Assembly (NCBI RefSeq): GCF_009914755.1
Contig: NC_060926.1
Strand: one strand, 5' to 3'
DNA: 64,000 bases
Source of the DNA: the human T2T-CHM13v2.0 reference genome, Homo sapiens
A program made the position numbers and the translations under genes. This document shows positions 47,658 through 64,000 of this stretch, piece after piece. The notes under the pieces are model-generated. The model saw only the letters and a list, made by a program, of their open reading frames with translations, was not told the DNA's origin and searched no databases. Numbering within the stretch: position 1 is the stretch's first letter; each line of letters opens with the position of its first letter.

Positions 47658-48833
47658 GCCTCCAGCAGCTAAGGGGCAGCCTCAGGCCAGTGGGAGGTAA
47701 CATAATGAGGCCTTCTGAAGGAGGGTTGAAGCCCTTCTCAAGTGAAGAGAGAGGTTTCTGAGACGCTGGGGAGGGTCCCAGCTGACTGGGGCTAGCCCCT
47801 GGGGTTGCGGGTTGCCATAGGCAGGAGCCCCAATGCCTGAACAGCTGTCAGCATGGTGGTTTCCCCTTGGAGGTACCCATCCTTCAGCCTAGAGATGATG
47901 TTTACTTGGTGGCGGAAAGAACAGCTCCCAACTGGGCGAGGCTCCCCGCTGTTACGGTGCTCACCTGGCCTCAACCTCCTCCTTGGGTCCTGGCCCTGCT
48001 TTTTCCCTCACGAGTGTGGCCTCCCAGTCCCTGCCCTGTCCCCATGAGCTCCTGCCTGGGTCCAGCCCCTGCAGCTGCCCTTCCCTCGGGGCCCCCTTAC
48101 CACTCCTTTCAGTGTGTGTAGCAGGAAGTCCCCGCCTGAGCATGGCCTCCCACCTTGTCTGCTCTGCTCCTCAGCTTGCCCTCTCCCCACCAGACCTCCT
48201 GCTTGTCGAGTGCCCTGTCCATCACTCTCATCTTCCCGCTGCCTCTGCTCATGCTGGGCCCTCACCTGGGGGGTCTTCAGCCCCCTTCCACCTCCTATCT
48301 CCTCTCCACCCATTTCTTCACACCCAGCCAAAGAAGGCAGCTCTGCCTTTTACCGGATGTGCTCTTGAGTGGGTGATTTCACCTCCTTGAGCTTTAGTTT
48401 CCCTGTGGGTAAATGGGATTGTAGTGGGGCCTGTCTCGTGAGGTGAGTGAGAAGACCAACCAAGCTGGTGTAAGTAAAGCCCCGACCCCGGGCTGGCCCA
48501 CCTGAATGTGCATACCTGTTAGCTTGCACTCTGGGGAGCCTCTGGGAAGCTTCAGAATGCTACAGCCAGTTGGAACAGCTGCCCTCCTAGAACTTCCGTA
48601 GCCTTTGGAATCCTGGTCACGCAGTGTAGCCTGCATTCTTACACTGTTTCCTCCACCTGATAGAAGTTTCCCAAGAGTAGTGTGGTGAGCACTTAGGACG
48701 TGCTCCCTCAGCCTCCTGTGCCACCCTCCTTTTGTCTGGAGAGGCTGGAAAATTAAGAGCTGCATCTCCCAGATTCCCTTGCAGCTAGGCTTCTGGAAGT
48801 GAATTGGGTGATACTGATCAGTTAGACTCCTGA

Positions 48834-49481
<648 letters not shown>

Positions 49482-49707
49482 TAGTATAAGCCACTGTGTC
49501 CAGCTGATTCTGGGTTTCTTGATCTCTGTATTGCAGCTACAGTGGTTTCAAACTCAATTCAAGGGGTGGTCTCAGAGGTTGTAGTGCCACTGGGAGTTAG
49601 TTCAGAATTCTGGAATTCCTTCCTGGATGTTCAGGTTAGAACCTACCATTCTGGCTTTTCCAAAAATTTTGAAAGTATCTAATTCTCTGTTAAGTCTCTC
49701 TTTGGTG

Positions 49708-50491
<784 letters not shown>

Positions 50492-53400
50492 TTAAATCCT
50501 GACAGGCACAAGAATAAACTAAGCCATCTCTTTCTCCTGCACCCCCACTGCACAGCACCTAGTGTAGGTCTCCCTCTTCCTAAGAAAGCCGCATGTCCCA
50601 TACCAGCTGACCCGGCACCATGGCTGGCCTCTGAGCTGCCCGAGCACATGCTGGACATTTGCCTCTTTGTGCATCGTTCATTTCCTGCCGTTGCCCTGCT
50701 CTGTCCTGTAAGCAGGAAGCTGACTCCTGCAAATTACATTTCCCTTGTCCACATGCACAGTGCCTTGTCCACTGGTTTCTTGTTGGGTTCAACCAATGCA
50801 AAGCACTGGTGAGAAACCGGAGGGTGAGAGACGGGGAAGGCCAGAGTATTTCCTGTCCTCTCTCTGCTTCCAGTGGCATCTATTTTGTGGAGCCAGCTTC
50901 TGCCAGGCAACACCTGCACCACGGCCTCCCAGCTCCCAGCCATTGGCCCCTCCACAGTTAAAGCTCTGCCCTGGCACCCCAGCTCCTGGAGTCATGTAAA
51001 TACTATCTCCCTGCTCTGACTGTCTAGATCTATGGGTAGTAGCAGCTTCCTGAAATTGCTAATCTTCGAGTTGCCTCACCCTCCCCTGTTTTCAGCTTTT
51101 CCAACACTGTCGTAACTGGGTTCTCAAATGAAATCACCTCTCTAGTGAGCTACCTGGTGAGCTGGGTTTTCCTGACAGTGTGGTTCCTCCTATCTGCTAC
51201 AAGTGGGGTTCGGGGCCTTGAGCCACGTCTTCCCTCCTTGTGGACACAGTCTGTCTCCCCTGCGGCCTCCCTGGCCATTTTGTCCTGGCCCAGCCTGAAG
51301 AAACATCTGGGCAAAATCCTTCGGGGTCCCTTTCCCCAGCTGAGGAGTGGGGGGGCGCAGGGGAGGAGCCAGGGCGAACGGCAGCTTTCGCCAACACCTC
51401 ACTGTTCTCTTCTCGACATGTTTACTCACAGGCTGTCTGGGAAGTGAGAATCCTCCCTAATGGATGTTTCACCCAATTAAATAATTAACTCCAAGTGTTG
51501 CTAAGCATCCTCGCCTCTCGCCTTCCAGTCCTGGAGGCGTCCTCATGCCAGGCCGCGGCTGCTGCTGAGACAAGGAGCCTAGTGGGAGGAGCCAGGAGTG
51601 GGGGACAGTGCCCCTGATGCTTCTGTACAGGATGAGGGAGATAAATGCACCTGAGAGGGAAGGTAAGGAGGGCTGTTCAGATAGGAGGCTGAGGGGAGGC
51701 TGAGACTCACAGGAAGTGGCATTAGAACCTTCTGGAGCCTTTCTATTGAATATTAAGTCCTTGAAGGTTTCCCTCTCCCCCAATTCTTCCCATACGCCAC
51801 AGCAGGGTCCTTGTTCCTTCAAAGAAGGGGAAAGGAAGGGACACAGGCTTCTTCCTAATGGGTAGTCTTGCGTTATGAGGACTTACAGAGCTGAGCTGCT
51901 CTACTAACCAGACAGTCACATAAGGAACCCCGAGGGGAGAGGCTAAATACATTCATACTGTGGAATATCACTCAACCGTTAAAAAGAACAAGATACATTT
52001 TCCTGTATAGATAGGAAAAGATCTGTAAGATACTATAAAGTGAAAAAATGCAGATACCAGTACATGCAGTTTAATTTAAGTAAAAATAATGTGCACATGT
52101 ATGCATATACTTGTCTACCTGTGGAAGGAGGACTGGAACTAGGGACACCAAACTATTCCAAGGGGTGATATATAGAACAAAGCTCCTTTCATGAAAAATT
52201 GAACTCACATTTCTGCAGTGTAATCACACATTCTATCTGGATTTATTGTTTAATTGTTTTCTATTGTCAAACATGTCTAAGTTATTGACATTAGAACAGA
52301 GAAACTCCAACAGAGAAAGGGAGCACAGCTACATTTTTTTTCTTAAAGATTATATACTATTTCTTTACATGGATGTCTTGATTGATTTAGTTATTGATTC
52401 ATATTACAATGGAAGGCTGAATCAACTTATACGGCTTTGAATTAATTGTATACCTTCTATTGATGAGTGAATAAATAGTTTTTTAACATTCACCACAAAA
52501 CATATAAACATTAACAATTTTGTGATATTTTACATAAAACGTGCAAGAAATTCTAAATTTGAAATTAGTATTTATTTTATAGAACATATTATGAAATACT
52601 TTTTAAATTAGTAATCAGAAAAAAGATGATTAAATAGTAAAAACAATCATTTGTATTTTTACCAGATATCATCACTTTTAAAAGTTTGGTTTATATTCTT
52701 CCAGATAGAACAATATACTAAAATAATATAAATAGGTTATTATGTCAACAAACATTTATATATATTTTTACAGCTGGTTACCCCCATGCAAAAACGTGCC
52801 ATATGTAATTTTTCTATCTAATATATTTGAAAATGTATGTTATTTAAAAGTTTTCCTATTGTAAACAATACTATAATGAATATTATTAAAGACAGTCTTA
52901 AGTTAGCAAAGACTGAAAGGACATGTTCTCTAGTTTAGAGTGTATGACATTCAATCAAGACCTAGAAGACTTATGCCATCCCCCAAGAATGTACTAAAAA
53001 TCATCTGGGATTATAGAAGGAATTCAGGGAACCCTATCTGCAAGATTATTTACATGCCAGATCCAGTAATTTATGATCTTCTTGGTGTCTGTAAAGTCAT
53101 AAAAGTCACAGGATTACACCATAGTCATTTGCTTGAAATTGCATTCAAGATATCTGCATTCCATTCCTTAGATGCTTTCCAAAATAATAAAATACCTGGC
53201 AGGATTCTGTGTGGAATCTCAGTCTTCCTATGTGGGATGATCACATGTAGCATCCTTAGTGCCAAACCTAATAAAACAAGCTTATTGTTTTTGGTTTTGG
53301 CTTTTTTTTTTTTTTTTTTTTTTTTGGAGCATGGTTGAAAAAACTTATGATACCCAGAACAGGTTTAATAAATTTTTCTAAACTGGATATTGATTATCAA

Positions 53401-56400
53401 AGCCAATTATATGCCTCTAATATATTGATTTGGAGAATTTAGAAAATCAAATATTTCAAATATATCAGAAATCTACATACTAATAAATTTAAATGAAAAA
53501 ATTTCTATTAACTAATGTATGTCAGCAGCTTTTATTGACAAACTCATTTTATTTTTCCAAAGGCATACAAAGTAGTTTCTATAATAAACCTGGCAAAAAT
53601 AGATATCTAGCTAGCATTAGCCCAATAATACAAATAAAATCAAATCTTGAAAGAAATGGAACTTTTTACCATTCCAGATAGTATAATAAATGTAATAGTA
53701 TAATAAATTCGCATAGCTCTATAACGCAGATTTGGCTAAATATGACTCTATAAAATGACATTTAAAAGAACAGTGTTGTATACAGCATATGGATGACATA
53801 GTTTCTTACAATTTTATAGTAAAATAATAATTACCTGAATAAGGTAACATCAATCACATTCATTTAAAATAGTTGATTTATAAACTAGCTTGATTTTAAA
53901 ACAAATAAAAGAAACTATCTACTAAGGTAACAATGAGTATCAATTAGAGTGTCACTTCACAAACTTTAATGTTCATACATATGATGGCATCTTGTTAAAA
54001 CAGAGCCTCTGTTTCAGTAGTTCTGCACCGACCTGAGAAGCTATGCTTCTCACAAACTTCAAGATGAGATTGATGTTGTTCTTCTATGAACTATACTTTG
54101 AGTAACACCAGATTATGAGATTATTAATAATTCAAAAAATAAGCTTATTTTTTAGGAAAAAGTATAAAAAAATCAGGCATTCAAACTCCACAAAAATACT
54201 TTTTAAGCCATATTACAAATAGAAGCTTTAAAATACATTTCTTTTCTCTGCATGGTTTATGAATCTTCATTTATAGGACTGGCTAACATTGACACAAAGT
54301 TCACAGTGGGTATTATATCCATATATCTACATAAGATGTTCAGCTTCTCTCATTCTCAGCAGGTATGGTCTCATTAACACCTGTGATTTTAAAAGCCTGA
54401 GTTTCTCCCAGCAAGATGTAGTTTTATTAATATGTGTTATATTTATATATCTCTCACTTTGCTATGTTATAATGTGGAACCAAACCTATAGCTATTGCTC
54501 TAGTATCTGTTTACTTCATAAATATTGACTGCTAGAGGTGTGAATCCTACTAGGGTCTTTTGCATAATTATATGAGGGTAAGCAGTAAACAAAAATGACT
54601 GAAGAATAAATGAAAATAATAACTTAGCTTAAATGTAAAGTAAGATGACAAGAATACCATGAAATAAGAGTCACAGAAAGAATGTTTGCTGCTGTTATTT
54701 AAATATAAATGTTATTATTTTTGAAGAAATAAATGTGTATACATCTATCTCTTTCAGAAGAATTGTGAATTGTTTACAAATATATTTTCTGAAATATCTT
54801 TTTTTTCTTAGTACTGAGGTCTGATGGTAAATGTTTAGTAACTAGCTTTGTATAATAAAAAGCCAGATTTATGGTGTTTTCAGATTTTCATGGTGTAAAA
54901 ATTCCCAGTGGCCAATTTCAAACTACTGACATGAGATCTCGGAACATAGCATTAGGAAAAGATGCAGAAATGGGCTTTTTTAGAAGCCAGTGCATAATAC
55001 TTCCAACACAACAGTGACTTAGCAGACTGAGCGTCACTTTACTTTAATGATTAATCACAATAATTGTCAACTGACATTTTTTATTTAATGACTTATAACA
55101 TGGTTCCAATTATAAAATGTGGAAAATATAAGTAAAATAAAGACAAAATTAACAATAAATCTAACACCCCCAAAATGATTGTTACACATATGTATATATC
55201 CTTTGAGAGCTTTTATTAAAATATTTATACTTGTATTTGTTACAAAATTGAAAATGTGTTTTATTTCACTTTGGCATTCTACCCAAACTGACAATATACT
55301 ATAATTTTCTACAATTATTACTTATTCCTTTAAAAGTACATACAAAACTGAATGAAACTCTATGCTCCCAATATACTAAAATCAAATGATTTTATTCTCT
55401 ATAGTTTATAGTTTATATTCTATAAAATCTATAGAATGATTTTATTCTCTAAATATACATATTTAGAATGTTTTGAAAATTATTGGTCAATGAACATTCT
55501 GACGCAGAAATCCTTGTAAATATTACCTCTGCTTCTTTAGGGTAAATACCTAAAAGAGGAATTATTGAGCCAAAAAGTGCAATTACTTTGAGGGTTTCTG
55601 ATAAGTGTCCCTAAATTGCACTCAGGAAAATTTGTGTAAGTTTAAACTCTTAAGTGGAGTTGCTGGAGACCCTCTTTCACCTGATTCATAAAACAATCTT
55701 AATTAGAAAGAAGAAACAATCCAAATGTCTTTGAGGTTCAAGTACACCACATACTATCGCATTTAATTTTTATAGTCTTTAATTTTATTAGTTCAATTTT
55801 TCATATTTGAATTGCCTGTTAGCATTCTTTTTCTTTTAATTTATGTAGGACTATTTACATAATAATGCCATCAATCATTTTTATATGTGTGTCAAGTTTA
55901 TCTTCTATTGAATAATTTATCTTCATAATTTTGTTCATAATATTTATTGAAATTAGAATGCATAAATATTAAACTTAAAATTATGTTATATAGTATACCA
56001 TGCATGATTATAAATATTATGTCAAATGTATAAAGTGGTTTTTGCTGTCAGTTTCTGATTTCTCCACCCGATATAATTATTTTATATTACCTCTAATACA
56101 ACAGATTCAATTCTGGATAATTTGGGGAACAACATAAGAACAGTAGTAATCAAAACTAAATAAAATAACTACATGCAGTTTACAAAAAAAGTTCACATCC
56201 TATGAATATATTTAAATTATACTTCACTTAAATGTATCATTTCACTATGCATTTTCTATTGATTTCATAATCATATTCCTTTATTCCATTTTTCCCCCTC
56301 TGCTGGCAGAAAGTTTCTATTTTCTGTTGGCATTTAGAGTATCCTAACATTTACAACATGCATTCATGATGTATTAAACTATAACATGAATTAATATTTG

Positions 56401-56780
56401 CCTCAATTTACAGCAAAATGAAGACCTTCTAAAATTGTAACTCCATTTATTTTTCCCTTCCAACTTCCATGCTATTTTTATAATACATTTTAGTATATGC
56501 TATGACTCCCAAAAACATTGTTATTGCTATTATTATGCTACATTGTAAATATTCATTTAAATTTACCCACTGGAATACAACTTTGTGTTTCTTATTACTT
56601 CCTGAATCTATAAACTACCACTTAATACCATTTCATTTTTGTTTCAAAGGTAACCATGAGTGTGGGTTCTGTCTTAGTGAATTACTTCAGTTTTCAGTGA
56701 TCTAAAAAGGTTTTTGTATTATCTTCACTTGTGAAGTTTTAACTGTATATGGGATTGAAGATTAGAAATTATTTTCTTTA

Positions 56781-57107
<327 letters not shown>

Positions 57108-57663
57108 TCAGTGCATAGAGGTTATAATTCTATTGTCTTTTCACTTACATTGTTTCATTTAGCAAGTTAAGAGTCTAAAGGTGTTCTTTTAAAGGAAACG
57201 TGTTTTTCCCCTGACTGTCCATGATATTTTTCTCTTTTACTCTATGTTTCTGCAATTCCTCTCTGTGTCATCAGGTTTTGAATTGCTTTCTGTGTTTTTC
57301 TGCTTTGGATTCATGTTTCCCTTTCAATTAATAGTTTAATTCATTTAGAAGCATATCTTCCTTGTTCTTGCTCTACTTTCTTGAGCCCGTAATTATATGT
57401 AAGACTTTTCATTAACCTTTGCACTCTACAATATTTTCTATCCTTTTCTTTACTATGTTTGATTCTACATATTTTATTCTAACATACCTGCTAGATCATT
57501 AATTTCCTTATCAACTGCTCTCAAACCTATCTTTTGTGTTTTTTATATTGTTTCCTTTTCACATCTGAAATGCCAATTTTAAGCATTCCAATTATTTAAT
57601 AAAATGTTTATATTTTGTTTTTTATCTTCAGAATAATTCTACTACCTGGGATAATTCTACTAG

Positions 57664-58457
<794 letters not shown>

Positions 58458-59123
58458 CTAGCTGGCCTTTTCTGTTATTTTGCTCTTTTTCCTTGTTTTC
58501 TTTCATTTTGTTTTGCCTCCTTCTGTGCTAGGTTATCTTTTATTTTATGCTGGATTTATATTTGAAAAATTTATTTTGTTCACTTGCAATACTCATTACA
58601 GATACAAAGAATGGCATTGTTTTATATTTTTATAATTTATTTAATGCCTGACTTAATATAAGACATGCTGATTTATTAGATCTACTTCTGCTTTCGGTAT
58701 GTTGTGATATCATACATTATGTAGTCTCTGGAAAACTCTACTTACTTTACACATGAGAGAGAAAGAGAGAGAGAATGAAAAAATCAAATAAGATCTTAAT
58801 ATTGTTATATTATCTCAGGACCTCATCCCTTTGCCTCTTGAGAGTGGGATGTTAATGGCTTCACATTGCTCCTGATTCACTATTTTTTGTTTGTGCCATT
58901 AAGTTTGTCAAAACTATTGAAAACAGTAGAGACCTCACTTATAGAGCCATTGACATTTATTCCTCTTTTTGTAACATTATGAATGCTAATCTCAAAAGCA
59001 CAAAGTTTGAAAAATCGTTGCTTTTATCTTTAAATTACCTGGGTCTTCAATCTTTCATCCCTTTGGACAAGTGGAAAATTCCATACTTGTAGTTTTTGCT
59101 GGTAAAGTATCTGAAACTACCCT

Positions 59124-59712
59124 GTGGTAGGCACCCTCTGAGATAAACCCTAATAATTCCCGCCTCCTAGTATTCACAGCCTTAGGTCATCCCATCTTTA
59201 CCTTAAGTGTGACGTAGACTGGCTTCAAAATAATTCTGAGAAACTATTTCACTTTCAAAATTATAGGCTATGAAAAGACTGTGATTTACATCTTGGGTAC
59301 TCTCTCTCAGATGGTCTCTTGAATGGCTCACTCTGTGGATAGCCAGCTTTCATGATGTGAGGCAGTCTCAGATGGTCTCTTGAATGGCTCACTCTGCAGA
59401 TAGCCAGCTTTCATGATGTGAGGCAGAGTCTTGTGGAGTAATCCACAGGGTGGTGGTGTTGAGGTCCACCAAAAAGCACATGAGTGAGTTTAGAAGAAGG
59501 TCCCTCCACCACCTCCTTTGAAATGAATCTTCAGATAAGATCACAACCCCAACTGGCAACTGCACAGCAAATTCAGGAGAGCCTTTGAGCCAAAGGTGCC
59601 CAAAAGCCATGCCTGAATTCCTGATCCTCAGAAATTGAGATAATAAATGCTTGTTTCTTTAAGATACAAAGACTTGTGCTAATAAGCTATGCAGTAGTAG
59701 ATAGTTAACACA
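59124..59712 (+). mobile_element. MLT1 (MaLR) LTR with an internal 61-bp tandem duplication
   Basis: TGTGGTAGGCA start and MLT1 3' end AATAAATGCTTGTT...GATAGTTAACACA. Confidence 0.75.
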
Positions 59713-60456
59713 GTCTTCTCTTTCCTGGTTTATCACATTTGTGCCAAATATTCTCTTTGCTCAAACTCAAGCCCCTACTTCTAAAAATACAAAACATTGC
59801 ATCTCTTCTCTGAATCTTTCTTGAGGCAGGTTCTTAAATTTCTATACCTCCATATGCACACAAAACACATATTCCTCCTGACATCTTTCTATCTTTCAGA
59901 ACCGTTGCTGGTGAAAAGAGTGAAGGTCCTCTGCGTACTTTTTTCCTGAATTCTCATGGACCTCTCTGCCTTTTCCAAATAAGGGCAATCTCCTTTCCTT
60001 GAGTCATTGTTTTCCCACAAATCTTCTACTTGACTGAAGTGTTCAGGGCACATAGGATGACTTCAATATGCCTGAATTTACAAAAGACCTTTATCTTGTT
60101 TTTTATTTTTGATTCTATTACAGTATCTGAGGAAAGGAGTCAAGAGATTGCCTTTCTGTGTTATATGAATTGAGAGAAAGTTCTGTTACACACACATAAA
60201 TTAATAATTTAATTTTTCACCTCAAATCTTTTCTTAAAACCAACTAACTATAATTTTCTAATTACAGAACAACTTCTTACATCAGAAAATGGCTCTACAT
60301 TTCTACTCAGAACTCTCTCAGTTTAGGACTAATCTTACTAACTCATTAAAAGCTTACTAATTCATTATTAAAATGCTCTGGTTTCCCTTTTTATAAGTTG
60401 TTCATTACAGTCCATGTCCAAATGGAATGGACCTTTCTTTGTAATTCTTTACACAC

Positions 60457-60830
60457 TGTCTTAGGCCAGTTGGGCTGCTATAACAAAAATGGCATATACT
60501 GGATGGTTTATAAGAAACACATATTTATTTCTCACAGTTCTGAAGGATGAGAAGTCAAAGACTGAGGCACTGGCAGATTCAGTGTCTGGGAGCACCCATT
60601 TCTCATAGATGACATCTTCTTACTGCACACTTACATGGTGAAAGGGTCTAGTTAATTCTCTGTGTTCTCTTTTATAGGGGCACTAATCACAGTCATGAGG
60701 ATTTGACCCTTATGACCTAATATCCACCCAAAGTCTTCACCTCCTATTATCATCACACTGGGGGTTCAAATTTCAGAATATGAATTTGGTGGCGGGGGCA
60801 CAAATGTGTTATGGGGGACAGACCATAACA
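60457..60830 (-). mobile_element. MST/MLT1A MaLR LTR
   Basis: TGTCTTAG...GGGCTGCTATAACAAAA...TTTATTTCTCACAGTTCTG...GACCATAACA. Confidence 0.8.
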
Positions 60831-61460
60831 CATATATCTGTAATTGTTTTATTTTTTCAGAAAGTGATCGTATTATTTCTGTGACATGTTATGCCAGAAA
60901 ATAATACTACCTTTACGCTTGAATCACAATGTAGCTATCAAATATACCTTTTCCTATAAAACTCCATTACATAGCATTTAATATTTAAAAGTGATATTTG
61001 AGGCAAATTATTGCCTCACAGCTTAATCCTTTCATTCCACATTCAAAGCATCTCCCATGATTGTCCTCATACAACAACAATCTGTCTGTGCACAAGTGGA
61101 TTAATTCTTATCTATTTTATACTTTAAACACTTACACTTCTAAGTGTTCTCTACATACTTCCGATTAGACTGCAATTACTTCTGCACCAACCTAATACAA
61201 AATAACTTGTTTTTTTTTAAATTTTGATCCCACAGGCCTTAATTTGTATCAATCACTTTTAATAAAAGTGAGGTTAAGTAATATTTTTTGAGTCTCTACA
61301 ATTTATTTAGTGGCATATACACTGCAGATCTCATTCTCTTATCTTTCACATTAGTGATGCAGTTATATATTAGAACAGGACCTTATTAAGATAATAATGA
61401 AGATATTTTTCACTGCTCCAGTGGTCACGATTGGATTTTCATCATTCAGATACCTAAGAA

Positions 61461-61796
61461 CAGTGGTCCACAGCCTTTTTGGCACCAGGGACCAGCTTTG
61501 TGGAAGACAATTTTTCCACAGATGGGGCACGGAGTACAGTTTGGGGATGAAACTGTTCCACCTCAGATCAACAGGAATTATATTCTCATAAGGAGCACCC
61601 AACCTAGATACCTCACATGCATGGTTCACAATAGGGTTCATGCTCCTGTGAGACTCTGATGCCACCACTGATCTAAGAGGAGACAGAGCTCAGGCAGTAA
61701 TGCTTGCTCCCCACTGCTCACCTCCGGCTTTGCGGCCCCATTCCTAACAGGCCATGGACTGGTACAGGTCCCTGGCCCAGGGGTTGGGGACCGCTG
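61461..61796 (+). mobile_element. MER1B hAT-Charlie element
   Basis: Homologous to 13619-13959, with a perfect 8-bp TSD CCTAAGAA. Confidence 0.88.
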
Positions 61797-62469
61797 CCTA
61801 AGAACATAAATATGGAAATATTTTTGCTCAAATGCACCTAACCTTCAGATGGCTAAAAACCTTTTAGCACCCGGGGTGTAGGATTGAGAGTGGAGATTAC
61901 TGGCTGAGAGAAACAGCAAAAAACATTCCTCCCATTGAAATTAAATCACTCTACAATTGGGTTTAATTGCTGGACCTACCTGGTAACTAACAAAAATACT
62001 AAACATAATTGATTGCCTCATCATTTGAAAACAAGAGGTCACTGAATCAAATAAATGGTAGGAAAATTTAGAACCAATAAAACAAAACATTTTGGATAAA
62101 AGTTATTTCTCTCTTAGACCTGTTGCCATGAGAGTCCCATAAATGAACCAGATTTATAGTTAGCAGACTTTCTCAGTCACTTATAAATAATGACCACTGA
62201 CACATAAAATGCATTCACAAGTAGATGCTTAGATTACCACAAAGGCCTTAAGACCTAAAACATCAATAATGTAATGAGCTTTGTTTTTTGCTACAGACAA
62301 ACAAAAAATACACCCTGCAATTTTATAAAAAATTCAGGATTAAAGATTTATGTACGCTTATGACTCAAATGTAACCATTATTGTAAGAATGCATGGTAAG
62401 CATGACATTGTTTCACTAGTCTTGCTACATCTTAAAATTAATTCGTTCATTCATCTGTCCATCCAGAAA

Positions 62470-63208
62470 GGATGTTACTATGATATACAGCTTCTAAATG
62501 GCCCCCAACCAATCCCCAAATCTTGTCATTGTGGAATCCCTTCCTCTTGAGCATGGACTAGACCATGTAACTCACTTCAAATGAATGCAATATGAAAAAA
62601 GAGATGTTACTTCCAAGACTGATTATAAAGGGATTGTGACTTTTTCTCTACTAGGCCCTATTTTACTCTCTCTCTTTTTTCTTTTTCTCTCCCTTTCTCT
62701 CTTTCTGTCTATCTGTCTCTCTCTCTGTTCATCTGTCTCTCACTCTTTCTCTCTGTCAAAACCCTGATTCTAAGGAAAACAGGAAGGTATGTTTTAGTGA
62801 ATTCTCATAATTTTATTTTGGCCCAGCATCCATTTTGAATATAAATCTAACTTTCTCATACTAGAAGCAGGACTCAGTCACACTTGACAGTTTCCAGTTC
62901 TTTAACCACATCCACCCTCAGTTCCCAAATGTGATTGGTCCACATATTTGCCTGATACAACTGCTCCCTGGTGACCACTTCTACTTCCCTATGGGACAGC
63001 TAGACATAGCCTACCTGACTGACCCCACTGACCCTCAGACCTCACATGGACTGTACAGATATGTCACAGTGACTACCTGTCAGTCACAGCACTACGTCCT
63101 GGAACTCTAAAACTTATGTTTGCTTGCTTTAAACCCACCACTTAGAACTCCCTGTGGGTAACCTATTTAGATAAGGTCCTGGATCCAATAAAGGCATTGG
63201 CTGATAGG

Positions 63209-63271
<63 letters not shown>

Positions 63272-63750
63272 CCTCCCTCCCTCCACACTCCCTGATCTCT
63301 TCGAGTGGCCTCCAGCATGCAGTGTAAATCTCAAGACCTCTAAGTAATAAAATTTTTATTTTCATCTTGTGTCTTGCCAAATCGTTGAAAGAATACTCTC
63401 TATCTTAAGGATCCTAAATTAAAATACATGCTATAAACAGCCCTACAGAGAGAGGCACATGTGCCAAAAAGCTTATCTTTCTGGCTAACTGCCAGTAACA
63501 ACCGGAGGGCAGCCAACAGCCAAACAAGTGACCTTATAAGAGAATTCCACCCCCAGTGGAGACTTTAAATAATCACAACCCTGGCAAAGACCTTAACTGT
63601 AGCTTTATGAGAATTCTGAATCACAGGTGCGCAGCTAAATAGTGCCTGGATTCTTAATTCAGACAAATTGTGATATAACAAATGCTTGTTGAATAAGTTC
63701 TTAAGTTTGGGGGTTATTTTTTATGAAACAATACATAAATAAAGCAGTTA
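62470..63750 (+). mobile_element. MLT1 LTR interrupted by a MER39-like ERV1 LTR (~62789-63428) that contains a (CT)n run at 63210-63280
   Basis: MLT1 motifs on both sides. The inner element has CATCCATTTTGAATATAA...GAAGCAGGACTCAGTCAC and AATAAA. Confidence 0.6.
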
Positions 63751-63769
63751 AGTATTAATACATAGACTC

Positions 63770-63980
63770 TATAATCAAATGACCTGTGATGAATTTCTGG
63801 CTCCATAATTCTTAGCTTCTTTATCTTAGTCAATTTATACATTTTTTATATATCAATGTCCTTGTTTATAAAGCAGGTATAATAATAGTACCTCTCACAT
63901 CAAGTTCTTTCAAGTTTAAAACCCAAATGTACATACAGAGATCTTAGAGCAGTGCCTGATTCACAGTAGGCACTTAAATT
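63770..63980 (+). mobile_element. MIR fragment(s)
   Basis: ATAATAGTACCT...CTTAGAGCAGTGCCTG...CAGTAGGCACT. Confidence 0.6.
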
Positions 63981-64000
63981 TTAGCTACTGAAGCTCATTT

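Overview
Primate genomic DNA, almost certainly human (an AluYa5 with all five diagnostic positions is present). The left half holds a minus-strand chimeric locus. A duplicated RMND5A CpG-island promoter, exon 1 (CDS 33289-33148), a ~20 kb intron and exon 2 (13027-12885) are joined within 2.7 kb to four consecutive mid-gene ANAPC1 exons (10220-10042, 7030-6816, 4533-4415, 1211-940); the locus probably continues off the left edge. This fits the 2p11.2 segmental-duplication ANAPC1 pseudogene (probably ANAPC1P2/LOC285074, an inference from memory). All six exons keep GT-AG sites and open frames. Splicing all six gives a frameshift and a 98-aa RMND5A N-terminal peptide ending DSL*. Skipping either RMND5A exon 2 or the first ANAPC1 exon gives an in-frame RMND5A-APC1 fusion between subunits of two E3 ligases. 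The rest of the window is interspersed repeats (Alu, L1, L2, MIR, MER1B, MER21C, MLT/MST, ERV1 LTRs). Other items of note are a polyadenylated, U5-less HERV env-LTR retrocopy, a strong-Kozak uORF, an 84-nt hairpin and a likely duplication-block boundary near 52 kb. Repeat subfamily names and parent-protein comparisons come from recalled consensus sequences, not from searches.
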